From the NCBI RefSeq assembly GCF_021869535.1, contig NW_026262668.1:87730001-87794000 (forward strand): a DNA stretch of 64,000 nucleotides, written 5' to 3'. Source of the DNA: Mytilus californianus. Taxonomy: Eukaryota. The position numbers were made by a program, and so were the translations under genes. The notes beneath the pieces were generated by a model. It was not told where the DNA came from. It worked only from the letters and a program-made list of their open reading frames with translations, and did no database searches. Positions within the stretch are counted from its first letter, which is position 1. The number at the start of each line of letters is the position of its first letter. Of this stretch, positions 1 through 12,500 are shown piece by piece.

Positions 1-1339
1 ATAAGACCTACATTTTGAGTTACACATTGTCTTCACTGTTCTTGGCGAACAGTCGATTGAACACTCCGTGTTGCAATACTATATGAGAAACGTGTGCAAT
101 AGGAAACATTACATGACGTCATAGCCAAGGCATAATTCTTATCTAAATTTTAATTTTCATTAGAAAAATGATTTTAGACAAATAATATATTTATATTTGT
201 GGAAATAAACGTCTTTCGAGTCTAATTTTGAATAAATATTAATAAAATATTTTTGCAGACTTGAAGGCCTGAAAAGTTAGGGCCATCAAAACACTTAAGC
301 GTATGTTTTCGAGGTCTTAGATCTGAGATACCAGAATAGTATTCTGATCTGTAAATTTAACAACTGAGCCAAATTCCCTATTGTGACATTCTAACTGAGA
401 GTTTGATCGAATGGCGGGTAATGCATGCATACCTGGAGACGCTTATCCTGTCGACGCAATCGGACTCGCCTCGCGTGGAGTTCATGCTTTTCTCTCCAAA
501 TTTGTTTTTTCTTATCTTGATTTATATATTTTGAATGGAATTTTGAGAATTTAGCATCGGTAAAATAATGTTGCCTTTAATTTATGATGTCACTTGATAA
601 TCACAAATTTGGTAGGAAGATTATAATGATGAGTTCCAAAATAATGATAAAAAAGTACATTGATCAATATCAATGATGGATTTAGAATGAGCTAGTTGAG
701 TTGGATAAACATTTACATCAATCTTAATTTTTGACAAAGAATACATACGTCCAAATATCTGCAATCTTTGTAAAAACCATTTTGATGACAGTGGGACTGC
801 GTAATTTAATACATCTATTTCTTCAACAACAGACATTGTAATTCTATTTCATCTGAAATATTTATGTTTATTTTAAGTTCATTTCGAATCATTTTGATTG
901 TTGAACTTGGTGTGATAAGATTTTACTCATCACTTTCCAATTTATTTATTTAATCTGATGTGGTGTTGTCACATTTAGTGTGTGCATAAAGTGCAAAAAG
1001 GTAGCAATAATCAGTTATGTCAGCACGAAATCGTAAGTTCACTTTTAAATGCATCAAACTCTCGTCAGCGTTAAGATCTTCAGCAATATGGCCAGAAACA
1101 TAATCTAGGGATACAGTGCTTCAAGATTTGCATTCATGACAATTCAGATCCCGGATATAGAAAAAATAAAACGCTTTTACTTTACAATTTCGTGTCTCCG
1201 AAGAACTGCAAGGATGTAAAAATACGTGAGGACCTATATCATCAAAAGTGACTTAAAAAGAATAGCTAACACAACTTAAGGCGAATGTTGGACCTAAAAA
1301 AGCTTATAAAACAAAGAGAAAGAAGACTTCAAAACTCAC

Positions 1340-2095
1340 GAGTCAAAACAAAATGACAACGCCATGGCAAAAAAAAAAAGAAGAAAAACGATGAACAGAA
1401 GAACAAGTTAAAAAAACATTGTATAAACAACTAAAAACTGAGAAATACAAACCCAAACATGTTGTGAACTCAAGTGCTCCGGTATGGTAATTAGTTCCTA
1501 CTCCACATATGACACCCGTCGTGTTGCTCATACAAGTGGAAATCCGGTGATAAATCTGAATTAAGTGATGTTACAATCGTTGAAAATAGTATGGGATTGT
1601 GGTTACGACAATCGGAACATATGCGTGGTCATCTGTGACACCGATATTCCATAACGGTTAATCAACTCTCGATGTCGTTCATAAAACATTCGTACGGATG
1701 CCTTCACCTTAACTACTTTGAACCCTTGTTCAATAGCTACCTGCTACCTTGTAAACAGCAACCTCCTATCAAGGAAAACATGATAGAAAACATAAGCTCT
1801 GGAATGTCGCATCAATTCGGAAATATATACCCCATATACAGGCGCTGCTGCATATTTGCTGCATAGAAATGGAAAGTTTAGAAGCTGAAATCATCCCGTT
1901 TGTCTTAAAAAAAAATTTATCAACCGAATCAGATTGTTTATTTCTAGATTTCAGTCAAAATATTACTCAATTGTATATGTGGTATCCGTTATTTCAAATT
2001 TGTTTCGATAGATGCGTTCACCATGCTCAACAAACTTGGGATTATTTAGTGAGAGGACAACATCTATATAGCGGAATGTGAAGTAAAGGATAATG
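1340..2095 (-). mobile_element. Penelope-like element, decayed RT C-terminus plus 3' region
   Basis: Minus-strand frames give FRYIDVVLSLNNPKF, DKRDDFSF, APVYGVYISELMR and YGISVSQMTTHM, with stops and frameshifts. Confidence 0.85.
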
Positions 2096-2163
2096 CTAAC
2101 TTCTTTTCTTTCTTTCTCCTGTATGAAGTCTGTCTCATATAAATGAATAGTAAAAAAAAAAAC

Positions 2164-2527
2164 GCATCGGTGGTCCCCTGGTAGCGTCTTCGCCTCGAGT
2201 ACGGGATGTCGTGTGTTCGAACTCCGTCCGGGTCAAACCAAATATATTAAAGTTCGTATTGCTACTTCTCCGATTAGCACGCTGCATTAAATAGTAAGAG
2301 CAAATACTGGTCTGCTCGGAGTCAGGATAATGTGTCCGTGTATGGTGATATGATTGTCTTCCTGTGGACTGTTACCTTATTAACTAACACGTTGAAAATC
2401 CGGTTTAGCGTGTCTTGTCGGTCTAGTACAAAGCAGGGGTTAATATTCATATATCAATAACATCTTCTCGTCCTGAATATGCATTTGATTTGCCACTGGG
2501 CGTTAAGTAGCCATCCATCATCATCAT
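2164..2527 (+). mobile_element. tRNA-derived SINE (MetaSINE-like central domain)
   Basis: Degenerate A/B boxes (tggtcccctggta; gttcgaactcc), then ggtcaaaccaa...cttctccgattagcacgctgcattaa, and a (CAT)n tail. Family name is from recall. Confidence 0.75.
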
Positions 2528-2889
2528 TAAATAAAGGAATAGTTCAAGTAGAAGAACACAATAAGTTTCAAAAAGAATGCCGAATGTTGAACGACACGTC
2601 TTCCAATTAAACGTAACATATATGTTGTCAATAAAAAATCAAGCATCTTGATGATGTCTGTCAGAGAATATTTTGTTTGAATCAGAGTATTTTTTACAAA
2701 GTATGATTTATGTCTTCCTAAAACAAGGTATTTGTATATACCTTGGCCATTATATTTTATGTAACAAAGTTGGACTAGTTCTTTCAATCGGTTTTTATAA
2801 TGGGGTATACCAGTGTAAAGGTTAGAGAAGTCAAAGGTGTTTTACTATTGCAATAGGTAAGAGAATAAGATTATATGTTCTTTGTCGGA

Positions 2890-3300
2890 TCTTTTGAATA
2901 TTTAAGTATCTACATCTGATTTATGTAATTTTGGCCTACAGAAGAGTTCTTGGTTAAAATTTCAAACACATAACAGACCTATGAATATTCAAGATTTCCT
3001 CTTTTGGTACGTGTCATGGACGCATGTTTTGAGTTTCCTAGAGAATTGTCAATACTTTTTTCAGAATTAAGCTGTTTATGTATTGTGTTCAAAAAAGTAT
3101 AGCAGAAATACCGAACTCCAAGGTAAATTCCATAAAAACTGACATAATCAAACGTTATCAACCAACAGAACGAGTGGAAAACAACTGTCATATTTCTGAC
3201 TTGTTACATGCATTTTCCGAAAGAAATGGTAGATTAAATGTGGTTTTATAGCTAGATAAACCCCCCACTTTTATGCCAGTTGTTTATAATTCCTTTATTT
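2890..3300 (-). mobile_element. Penelope-like ORF scrap plus repeat terminus
   Basis: IDNSLGNS and PKLHK remnants at about 2900-3060. 3100-3300 matches the module also seen at 12380-12500, 53835-53975 and 57015-57330. Confidence 0.6.
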
Positions 3301-3801
3301 TGACAAAATTGGGTGAGCAACCCAAAGATAGGTTAAATGACAATAATTGGGATCCAGTAGCCAAAACTGTGTAAACATACATCACAGACATACAACACAA
3401 CTGACTAAAAAAATCAAACAAACATTATGTAGTTGATAGTAAATCGACAAAGACGCCGATAAAAAAGGTTAAGTAGATGATAGTTCATACCGTATATTGT
3501 ATACACTTTATGATCAAGTTAAAACGAATGTTATACCCTATTATAATTTCTGACGATGATTTTACTAACAATTTAGGGTATATTACAACGGAAAAGTTTG
3601 CGTAAGGGAGAATAATCAATGCTAGTTTGCAAAGTTTAAACGAGAGCTTTAACTATTACTATTGATATGATTATAATGATGAAGACTTGGATTACGGTCT
3701 AGATAATGTACAAGCAGATGGTGGTCACTAAGAGTCTTTTTTGGTTATATGGCTCTTTTTCGGTTCTTAGGCATCCTTGGTTTTTAAATATTCGACTTTG
3801 A

Positions 3802-3843
3802 GCGTTCCTGATGAAGGTAATTCCAGGAAAGCGCTTCGGACGC
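3802..3843 (+). ncRNA. Minimal type I hammerhead ribozyme-like motif
   Basis: Stem I gcgttc/ggacgc; core CTGATGA (3808-3814); stem II gg-taatt-cc; GAAA; minimal stem III; UUC triplet. Confidence 0.65.
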
Positions 3844-4814
3844 ATGAAATTAATAACGTGTTGTTTTCATTTTCTAAGACTAGCCGATAGGCAAATCAGT
3901 TACTTATTGCCTGTTTAAACACAGAATGAACAGAATTATAATTCCGATTCTACCCGAGGTTCAACAGAGTCAAAATCATATGAGCCTACAAGCAGTTTCG
4001 CGATCCGAGACTAAGTACGTCCATAATGTAAACAAATATAGCAGCGCCCATTTGACCACTGCTAACAATATTGAAGCATATGTAAATGACTTCAATGCTT
4101 TTCAATTACCGAATGAAAAAATGAATGAGTATAGCACAACAGAGAAGGACGGATCTTATCTACGTGACAATCAATCGTTGAATAACGTGATCGAGTTTTG
4201 ATTTGATGTTTACGGCGACGACACAGCAAAAATAAATTACCCGACCGACTCGTAAAAGATTTTGTAAAGAAACGTGCGTAGGCAGTTATGGAAGATATAA
4301 TGATGTTAAACTTCAAACGTTACAAAAAGTGTATTGAAAAGTTAAACTCATTTATTGACTTAAGCTAGCAAGAAGTTAGCGTTTCAGGTGTTCCTAAAGA
4401 AGAAAAAAACGATGCTGAACTTGTATGACTGTTGTTAATTGTTCTGTCATATTGATAGCAAAAATACGTACAAATTTGGTTTTTAACGATTTATATTGTA
4501 AAGTCATATCTATAGAAGTTATAAAGTTTGACTTTTAGCCAGTTGAGAAAATTCTTTAAAACACAAGCTTATTTTAGAACCCTAAATCTATATTTGCATC
4601 AGAAAAAGCGTTATGCTTTTAGTTTTTCCTCTTAAGGAAAACGAATATATAATAACGACATTCCTTCCAGTTAACTTATGATGGTAGACGACTTTTTTGT
4701 CCAGTCTTAAGAAAATTCAAAAACTTCTCGATCTTGGACAATGTTAAAGTCTTGATTTTCTTATCTTTCATATCTTCTATGTCTTCAACGCAGATATAAA
4801 CATATAAGTTAACA

Positions 4815-4863
4815 ATGGAGTATAAAGTATTACTGACTTTCTGTTTTATTCTTTTATACAGGG
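4815..4863 (+). CDS. C-type lectin (perlucin-like), coding exon 1: signal peptide
   Basis: ATG at 4815 reads MEYKVLLTFCFILLYR + G, then donor GTATGT at 4864 (phase 1). Hydrophobic signal-peptide character. A pyrimidine tract + CAG acceptor at 4791-4793 implies an upstream non-coding exon. Phase matches exon 2. Confidence 0.8.
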
Positions 4864-4999
4864 GTATGTACATTTTTTTCTGAAAAGTCGAATCGCTTAT
4901 TATAGGAAAGGGGTATAGTCACTTTCTATTGTATTTCTATGACTCGTAGATTAATTAAAAAAACAAATTTAAACTTCTAAATATAAGAATATATATAAT

Positions 5000-5169
5000 A
5001 TACATTTTCTTCAATTGTACTGAAACTCATGGTTATACATGGCTGTTCAAGGTAGTTTTAATACAGTATTGTAAATTTGATGTGATACATTTTCTTCAAT
5101 TGTACTGAAACTCATGGTTATACATGGCTGTTCAAGGTAGTTTTAATACAATATTGTAAATTTGATGTG
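5000..5169. repeat. Tandem duplication, 2 x 85 bp
   Basis: atacattttcttcaattgtactgaaactc... starts at 5000 and again at 5085, near-identical. Confidence 0.9.
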
Positions 5170-5639
5170 TTTGATCAAACTTGCATTAAAGGACATTACA
5201 AACCAATGTGAATTACTAGTACATATAATAGTTTAACTTATCTCCTGATTATATCTACTTGACTTATATTTCAACATCAATTTTTGACCATCATTAAGCA
5301 TTTTAATTTCATATATTAAGTTCATAAAGGTGACATGATGTTAAAAGAACCGAAATGACACATATGAAGCAGCTCGTGTAATACGGAAGACAATATTAAA
5401 GATTGAACAGTTTAGAACAGTTCTGTACGAGATTATTCTGACAGGTCTGCAGGAAAATTAGTTTATATAAATTAAAAATATATGCAAGTCCCGAATCACT
5501 TGGTACCATCGATAGTATATCAGCAACAGGTCCGACCCAGTTGTAGTATAAACACAAATAAAACAATTTGTCTTTAATTCAACGTCCAGTGGTAGATATA
5601 ATATGCAAAGTAAGGAAAAGAAAAAGTAAGAAATTAAAG

Positions 5640-8230
5640 AGAATGTAAAAAAAAAGGAGATGTGGTATGATTGCCAATGAGACAACTATCCACCAAAGTT
5701 GAAATGAAGTGGATATAAGCAATTATAGGCAACCGTACGGCTTTCAACAATGAGAAAAACCCATACCGTATAGTCGGCTATAAAAGGCCCCGACATGAAA
5801 AATATGAAACATTCAATTGAGAAAACTAATGGCCTGATTTATAACAAAACAATATACGAAAAAAAAATATGACAGACATGAACCAAAGACAATCACTGAA
5901 CTACAGGTCCCTGACTTGGGACAGGCACATATAGAATGTGGCGAGGTTAAACATGTTTGTGAGCGTTCAACACTCACTCTAATCTGGGACAGTGGTGTAA
6001 CAGCACAACATAGGAACAAACTATAAAAATCAGTTGAAAAAGGCTTAACTCATCAGATCTATACATAGAAAAACATCAAACAAAAACACAGACAGGACGA
6101 GGCAGAGTATATATCAGTCCATCATCCGTAACAACAAAAAATACACTGAGTACAGATCTGAGAATACTCGCAGTTACTGACAGCTAGTTCAAAGCCAATA
6201 ACAACTAATAAAAAATATCATGTATCTAAGACTAAAATATCAATCAGTATACATCCAACATCCAATGGATTTAGTGTAAAGACGTCATTAACAGTCAGAG
6301 AAAAACATGACCTTGTGCAATGCAAAAACATAGGTATTGACAGATTGTAGTACCGTGAAAGTACATATGTGTAATATTTAGTATGGTTTTAATTTACTGA
6401 AAACAAAATCAATATTTTTTACCAATAAAAACAATATTCAAAGATTTAATTATAGTGTAGAATAGGTAACCTTGACTGGATTGATATGTTTACAAGGATC
6501 GTATCTAAATTTCCGGGCTCGGTTAACAACATCACCGTAACATTTAGGATGTGCTATTCCGTTTGAAATAAGTTTTCTACAGCAAAACTTGCAAACAAAT
6601 CTTTGTATCTATGGAAAATTTTGTAAAGGATTTAAGTAATTTGTGGTTACGAAGTCCCTGACCTAATACTTTACTTGTAATACATAGATTACGCTCATTG
6701 AAATCCGAAACGTCACTACAGACACGAGCATAGCGAAAGAGTTGGGATATATAAACACCGTAAGACGGTGCCAAAGGAACATCACCGTCCAAAAAAGGAA
6801 AATTAACAATAGGAAAAGAAAAATCATCCCTTTTGTAGTATGTTTTTGTGTAGAGTTTCTGGTGTAATACTGAAATATCTAAATCTAGGAAAAGACAGTT
6901 ATTGCTGTTAATATTTGATTTATTTAAAGTAAGTTCCTTTGGATAAATTTCAGCAGTACATTTAGAGAATTCTTGATTATTCAACGAAAAAATATCATCA
7001 AGATAACGGTTAGTGTTGTTGAATTTATCAATTAAATAGAATTTAGACGGTTCTTTACTGAGTTTGGCCATACACTGTGATTCATAACATTATAAGAACA
7101 AGTCTGTTACTAAAGGGTCACAATTGGTGCCAATAGGAATACCTACAACCTGTCGAAAAACTTTATTGCCGAAACGTACATAAACGTTGTCAAGGTGAAA
7201 AATTATAGGCTTAAATCATCTCATCACACCTCCAGTAAGTATATCTAGTATATTAACCTTTCTCATTTGAGAAAAAAGGCTTTATATGAGTTGCAGCAAA
7301 TAAATTTGCAATCAGATTTATCAAACGACCATTTAATTAGATAGGAAAACTTTAGTTTGATAAGATTATGTGGAAGTGTAGTGTAAAGAGTGGAAATGTC
7401 AAAACTGTCAACCGAATCAAAAGAACCATCAAAAGCACGTAGTTTATCTAAAACATCCAAAGAATTTTTTACACTCCAAAAATGGTTAATTCCACTATTT
7501 TATTATGTTTTATTACAAAAATTAATGATAAGTTCTTTGATAGTAGTTAAGGAACTCGTTAAAAGCACCGACAGATTAGTAGTAGAAAACTTACTATAGG
7601 TAGAGATGAAACGATATTTTACGTTTTTTTTTTTGTGTAGTTTAGGTAACCAATACATAGTGGGGACCTTCACATGTGCAGAGGAGGCCTTAAGCTGAGC
7701 TGTAGTAGTGACATGATTATTTACTATACGACTCTCTTCTGAGCGTACGGCCTTGAATGTAGTTGAATGCATAATTTCATTCTTACGGACTTCCGTGTAG
7801 TATTTACGTCATACCACCACCACATTGTTGGCTGCTTTGTCGGCCGGTACGAACACAAAACGCTTTGCGAGTACTTGAATTTTGTTTTTAATCCTAGAAA
7901 TGGGCGTATTACTTACTCTTTTACTTATTTCTAAATTATTTTCGAAATGGGATATGCGAATATCAAAAATATTCAGACATTTATTTAAATAGTAATCAAG
8001 TGACTTTTTGTCAGATTTCTCCCGTTGACACCATTTTTTACATTAGGATGAAAGATGTGTTTATTAATAAATTTGAGATGTGGATGGACGTTTGTAAGAC
8101 AGGTTTTGATTACAAATTGGAAAACAAGTGTAATGTTTGAGACCTTATTTCCTATAACAATGGTGTTTGGGTTAGGGCGTTCTTGGTGGGGATAAATCTC
8201 GAAAAGCTATTTGGACGCATGAAATGTATA
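5640..8230 (-). mobile_element. Penelope-like (Naiad-type) retroelement, longest copy, decayed; RT ORF about 8230-6450, 3' UTR to about 5640
   Basis: Motifs in order: PADKAANN, YWLPKLHK, RFI, SFDISTLYTTLPH, QVVGIPIGTNC, RYLDD, KRDDFSFPIVNFPFL, APSYGVYISQL. No GIY-YIG after the RT. Confidence 0.92.
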
Positions 8231-8595
8231 AAGTTTTATTCCATTTGTCGAGATTGCAATTATAAACAGTAAAAAGGGGTCAGTAATTATGAGCATTAAT
8301 ATCGATTCTGGATAAAATATATCTGAACCGCAATTGTAGTATAAACAAAAAGTGCAATTGACGATCTTTTTGTAGAGATCAGTATGTTTTATGCATCTGC
8401 GTATTACTTAAAAGAGAAATTTAAAACTGCATTGCTAGCTTTATCAATAAAAACACAGGTTGTTTATAATGAGGTTTAGATTGGAATTTACTCTTAAAGA
8501 ATTGAACTAGTAAACTGTACACATACCAAAAATTAAAAAAATTACATTGTAATTATTGTCAAATGTGTATTATATTTTTTAAGTAATGTTTGTAG

Positions 8596-8693
8596 ATTCA
8601 CACGGTGCATCGTGTCCACATGGATGGACGAGTCATGCCTTATCCTGTTATGTGTTTATAGAGGATCTTCTTATTGACTTTACGGAATCAACG
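8596..8693 (+). CDS. C-type lectin, coding exon 2
   Basis: Acceptor tttgtag; reads (D)SHGASCPHGWTSHALSCYVFIEDLLIDFTEST; donor GTACTG (phase 0). CPxGW...CY is the long-form CTLD N-terminus. Confidence 0.88.
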
Positions 8694-9553
8694 GTACTGG
8701 AATTATAATGTTATATATAGACTTTGTCATTTTCAAAATAAGTTAAAAAATAATGATACAGTACTATAATTAAGTTGAAAAGCAATTTCTGAATATGAAT
8801 TCAAGTAAAATAATTGTGTGTCAGAAACGTACGTTCTGAAAACGCCCGGAAATAATCGACCTCAGGTCGTCCCTTGCCAAGGTTATTATCGCAAAAAATA
8901 TATACCTCATATATATATGGGTCTTCAAACAAAATAGGCTTGATAATTCTAATTTCGTTTTATATAACCGTCACATATCAATATATCGTCATCCAGAGAG
9001 TGGCATGCTCCATCTGAATAAATGTTTTAAGACTATGGTCACTGCTATCCTCATAGGATATGAAAATAACATGACCTATCCCATTTGAACCGGGATTAGT
9101 GGGAGGGGGTTGATAAGGAATAGATTAAATTGAGTAAAATAATGAAAATCTCTAATATGATACATGTATAAAACACAAAAAACAATCGCCAGTACCATTT
9201 GTATGATAACGCTGATCACAAAAATCCCTGTCATCTCATTTGTATCTAACTCTAAAACACATTGGCCAGAGTTCATCAATTGTGTCTAGGATAAGTATAT
9301 GTACAAAACCCAATCAAATTTGATTAGTTTCACAAAATGACCACAGGTAATTCCCTCTAGTAAAGAGGGACTTTCAATCCAAAATAAAGAAATAGGTTAA
9401 TGGAGGATGACCTTGGCTCATCATGTTATTCATTCATATAGAAAGGGGGTTCATATATGTACAAATTCTAGAATGATAACCTAGGATCATTTTGTTCTTA
9501 CTATCCAAGACAAAGGTGATGAACTCGGTGAATTGTCTCCTACGCTAATATTC

Positions 9554-9600
9554 AAGCGTCACTGATGAGTCTTTTGTAGACAAAACGCGTGTCTCGTGTC
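9554..9600 (+). ncRNA. Decayed type I hammerhead motif
   Basis: gcgtca CTGATGA gtc-ttttgta-gac AAAAC gcgt GTC. GAAA reads AAAA, consistent with CpG decay. Confidence 0.6.
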
Positions 9601-10185
9601 CTAGCATATTTGATTATTTTTTTATACAAGTGCAGACGAACGAAACCTAACGTCAATGTGTTATCTCGTTTTATACAACCAAGTCGAATCACCTCAGGTT
9701 ATTTTGTTAAACTCGTCCTATACGTAGGAGATTAACTAGGGACATATTCTTCTGCAATGAAGTACAATGCCGATGACCTCTGGTCATTGTGTTATACTAA
9801 TTCATTTCAATAAAAGAAAATGACCTGATTTCATTTTGTAATATCACTCTTGTAGTTAGTAAACATAGTATTTAACCTCTGGTCGTTTTGTTCTTCATTG
9901 GTATACAAAGAATGATAACCCGGGGTCATGGTTGTCACAATTTATTGATAAAGAGAGTTTTAACATGTTCAGCACTATCATACAAAAGGGTTCTGCCTTG
10001 GGATTTTGTTTTTACCTTGATGTGTATCTTCTTTATCGATTTATAAGATTCGAACATCGGTAATCTACTGTTGCATACATTTGTATATGTATCATATTAG
10101 AGATTTTTAATTATTTTCAACTTCTTTCAGACTATTTATTTCAAACGTTCCCTAACCTCGATTAAACAAGTTATGTTGAGAGGTA

Positions 10186-10285
10186 AATAAAGGCAACAGT
10201 AGTATACCGCTGTTCGAAACTCATAAATCGATAGATATAAAAACAAATCCGGGTTACAAACTAAAACTGAGGGAAACATCTATTT
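10186..10285 (-). repeat. Dispersed repeat terminus (aaataaaggcaacagtagtataccgctgttc family)
   Basis: Same about 100-270 bp module at 21558, 23374, 51541, 52451 and 59144. At 21558 it is the 3' end of a Penelope-like fragment. Confidence 0.85.
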
Positions 10286-11544
10286 GCATACTCCTGATTC
10301 GAGGGTAGCAGTTATCCTAATCATCATTTTTTCAAATGGTTCATACTATTCTTTAGCTGACGATCTCAATATTTGGCGGTTGAAAACGAAAGAAGAATTG
10401 TCATTTAATCTGAAACTGTATGACATAGACATTGTCTTCTGTAATGACTTAAGGTTATGGATGACCTTCGGCCGATTCTTACCGGACATTTTGAGAATGT
10501 GCACCAGAAATAATATGTTGATTAATTTGATTAAACTACATCGATTCTAATAGGTTCATTCAAAATTTACAGTCAATAAAATTAATCAAGAACAAATATT
10601 ATCGATTTGTACTTATAAATACATTGAGTGAACATTTTATACAGATCAAATATGGTTATGGGTAATTCCATAATTCTGTTTTTTTTTTCAAACGCATAAA
10701 AAGTACATAACCAAAGAATTAGGAATACTACTTTCCTTTCAAACATATCACAAATATGTATCGTGTAAAAGTATAGAAGGTGGATCGTAATTAGTATATG
10801 CATGCTTATATAAGTCTTTTATTCCATTTATTTGTGCGACATACTTTCTTTTAACGCACTCTTCGTGCGACTTCATTGCATTCCAAATTCTGTTCATCTT
10901 AGTGAGTGTTCGCTGGGTGTATGGTCAATTACTTCTCTCTTTATCAGTAGTTTTCGTATTATTTGTTTGGATTTAATTCACTGCTAACGACAAACTGCAT
11001 GAACGTTTACATTCAACGTGTACATAAAGATTCACAATATTACTGAAGAATAAAACAGTGGAAGTGGTGATGTTAACTGTTTTATTACGATCATAGATGA
11101 CAGACAGAACATTTGTCTAAATTAATTTATCCACAGAGAACGTAATTCTTATTTATCTAGATTCTCAATCCGAACTACGATCTACATCACATGTAATTTA
11201 TCTGGGCTGAAGTAACGTGTTTTTACCGTATTTTGGGACTAGAAATGTTATTGTAAATTCTCAGAAAAATATTAAATGGATGAATATTTTTCATAGCATG
11301 TTTCATAGCAACATGTAAATTCATGGAGTATCATGAACAAGGAAATGTTGTATTTAGTGCTTTGCAATCGGAATGCTAATTATTTTAACGAATGACTTAT
11401 AGTGTATGTTACAGTAAATAAAAATAACCAGTGATGAGCATAACCCCGTGAAACTTCTAGGAAAGATTCTGATACAACTTTAGAAAGGGGTTTGAAGAGA
11501 TTTGTGGTAGAGTTTGTGTGGAATGGGGAGAGAATGTGTTGGGG

Positions 11545-12500
11545 AACGACTCATTTTTAGACTTATACCTCGAATTTGACATAAGCGGTCATCTCAGTAC
11601 CAGAATCTATGACAAACAAGACGATTTTAATTTTGAAATTATAAATTGCCCCAACCTTATCAGCAATATATCAACTTTACCTGCATATGGGATATACATT
11701 TCCCAACTTATTTGGTATACAAGAGCGTGCAGCTGCTACTCAGACTTTATAAAACGTCACCAGTGTCTGAGCAGAAAGTTGATGAGCCAAGGTTATGTCA
11801 AAGAACGTCTCGTCCTTTTTCTTAAAAAGTTCATTGCAAGAAAATAAGACCTTGTTGATATATATTACGTAACAACTTCACAAATAATACATGATGGTCT
11901 TGAAGTATAGATTCTAGGTACTGAAGTTGTTTATCGTCTTAATTATGTTTTATGGTGGTCTTTTTATTTGTCCGTGTACATTTTTAACCTTTACTGCTTA
12001 GTCCATTTTGGTAATATACTTTTGGCGTGGCTCGGTACTTATACATACCGCCATTGTGTTATTGTGCTATGGTCAATTTTGTATTCTTGTCTTTAATGTT
12101 TGCGTATATACCTTGTCTATAGTGTCTGTAGAGTGTCTATATGCCATTTTGTTTTTCTTTGTTATAATAGTTATGTTTTATAGTGATTAAGATTATATTA
12201 CAATGTTGACTACTCTAACCAAATATTTGACATTTTTACCTATTATGTCTGTTTGTTTTGCTCACACATTGTTGTCAATATAATGGAATTCTATGCGACT
12301 GTCATATAAGTGAAAGGTTAAGCTAGCTATAAAACCAGATTTAATTCACCATTTTCTACATAAGGAAATGCCTGTACTAAGTCAGGAATATGACAGTTGT
12401 TTTCCATTCGTTTGATGTGTTTGAGCTTTTGATTTTGCCATTTTATAAAGGACTTTCCGTTTTGTATTTCCCTTGGAGTTCGGTATTTTTGTTATTTTAC
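11545..12500 (+). mobile_element. 5'-truncated Penelope-like element (RT C-terminus + 3' UTR)
   Basis: FLDLYLEFD...IYDKQDDFNFEIINCP...PAYGIYISQL. The 3' UTR is closely similar to the reverse complement of 57015-57550. Confidence 0.9.

Noticed and set aside
621-836. 71-aa minus-strand ORF as an exon
   Set aside because: The nearby acceptor does not give an open in-frame link, and no motif was recognised.
4795-4800. TATAAA as the lectin TATA box
   Set aside because: Only 15 nt from the ATG and directly after a splice acceptor, so more likely 5' UTR sequence.
6030-6056. CTGATGA...CTGA on the - strand (hammerhead or box C/D-like)
   Set aside because: No GAAA, no convincing terminal stem, and the core is not kept in the homologue at about 47700.
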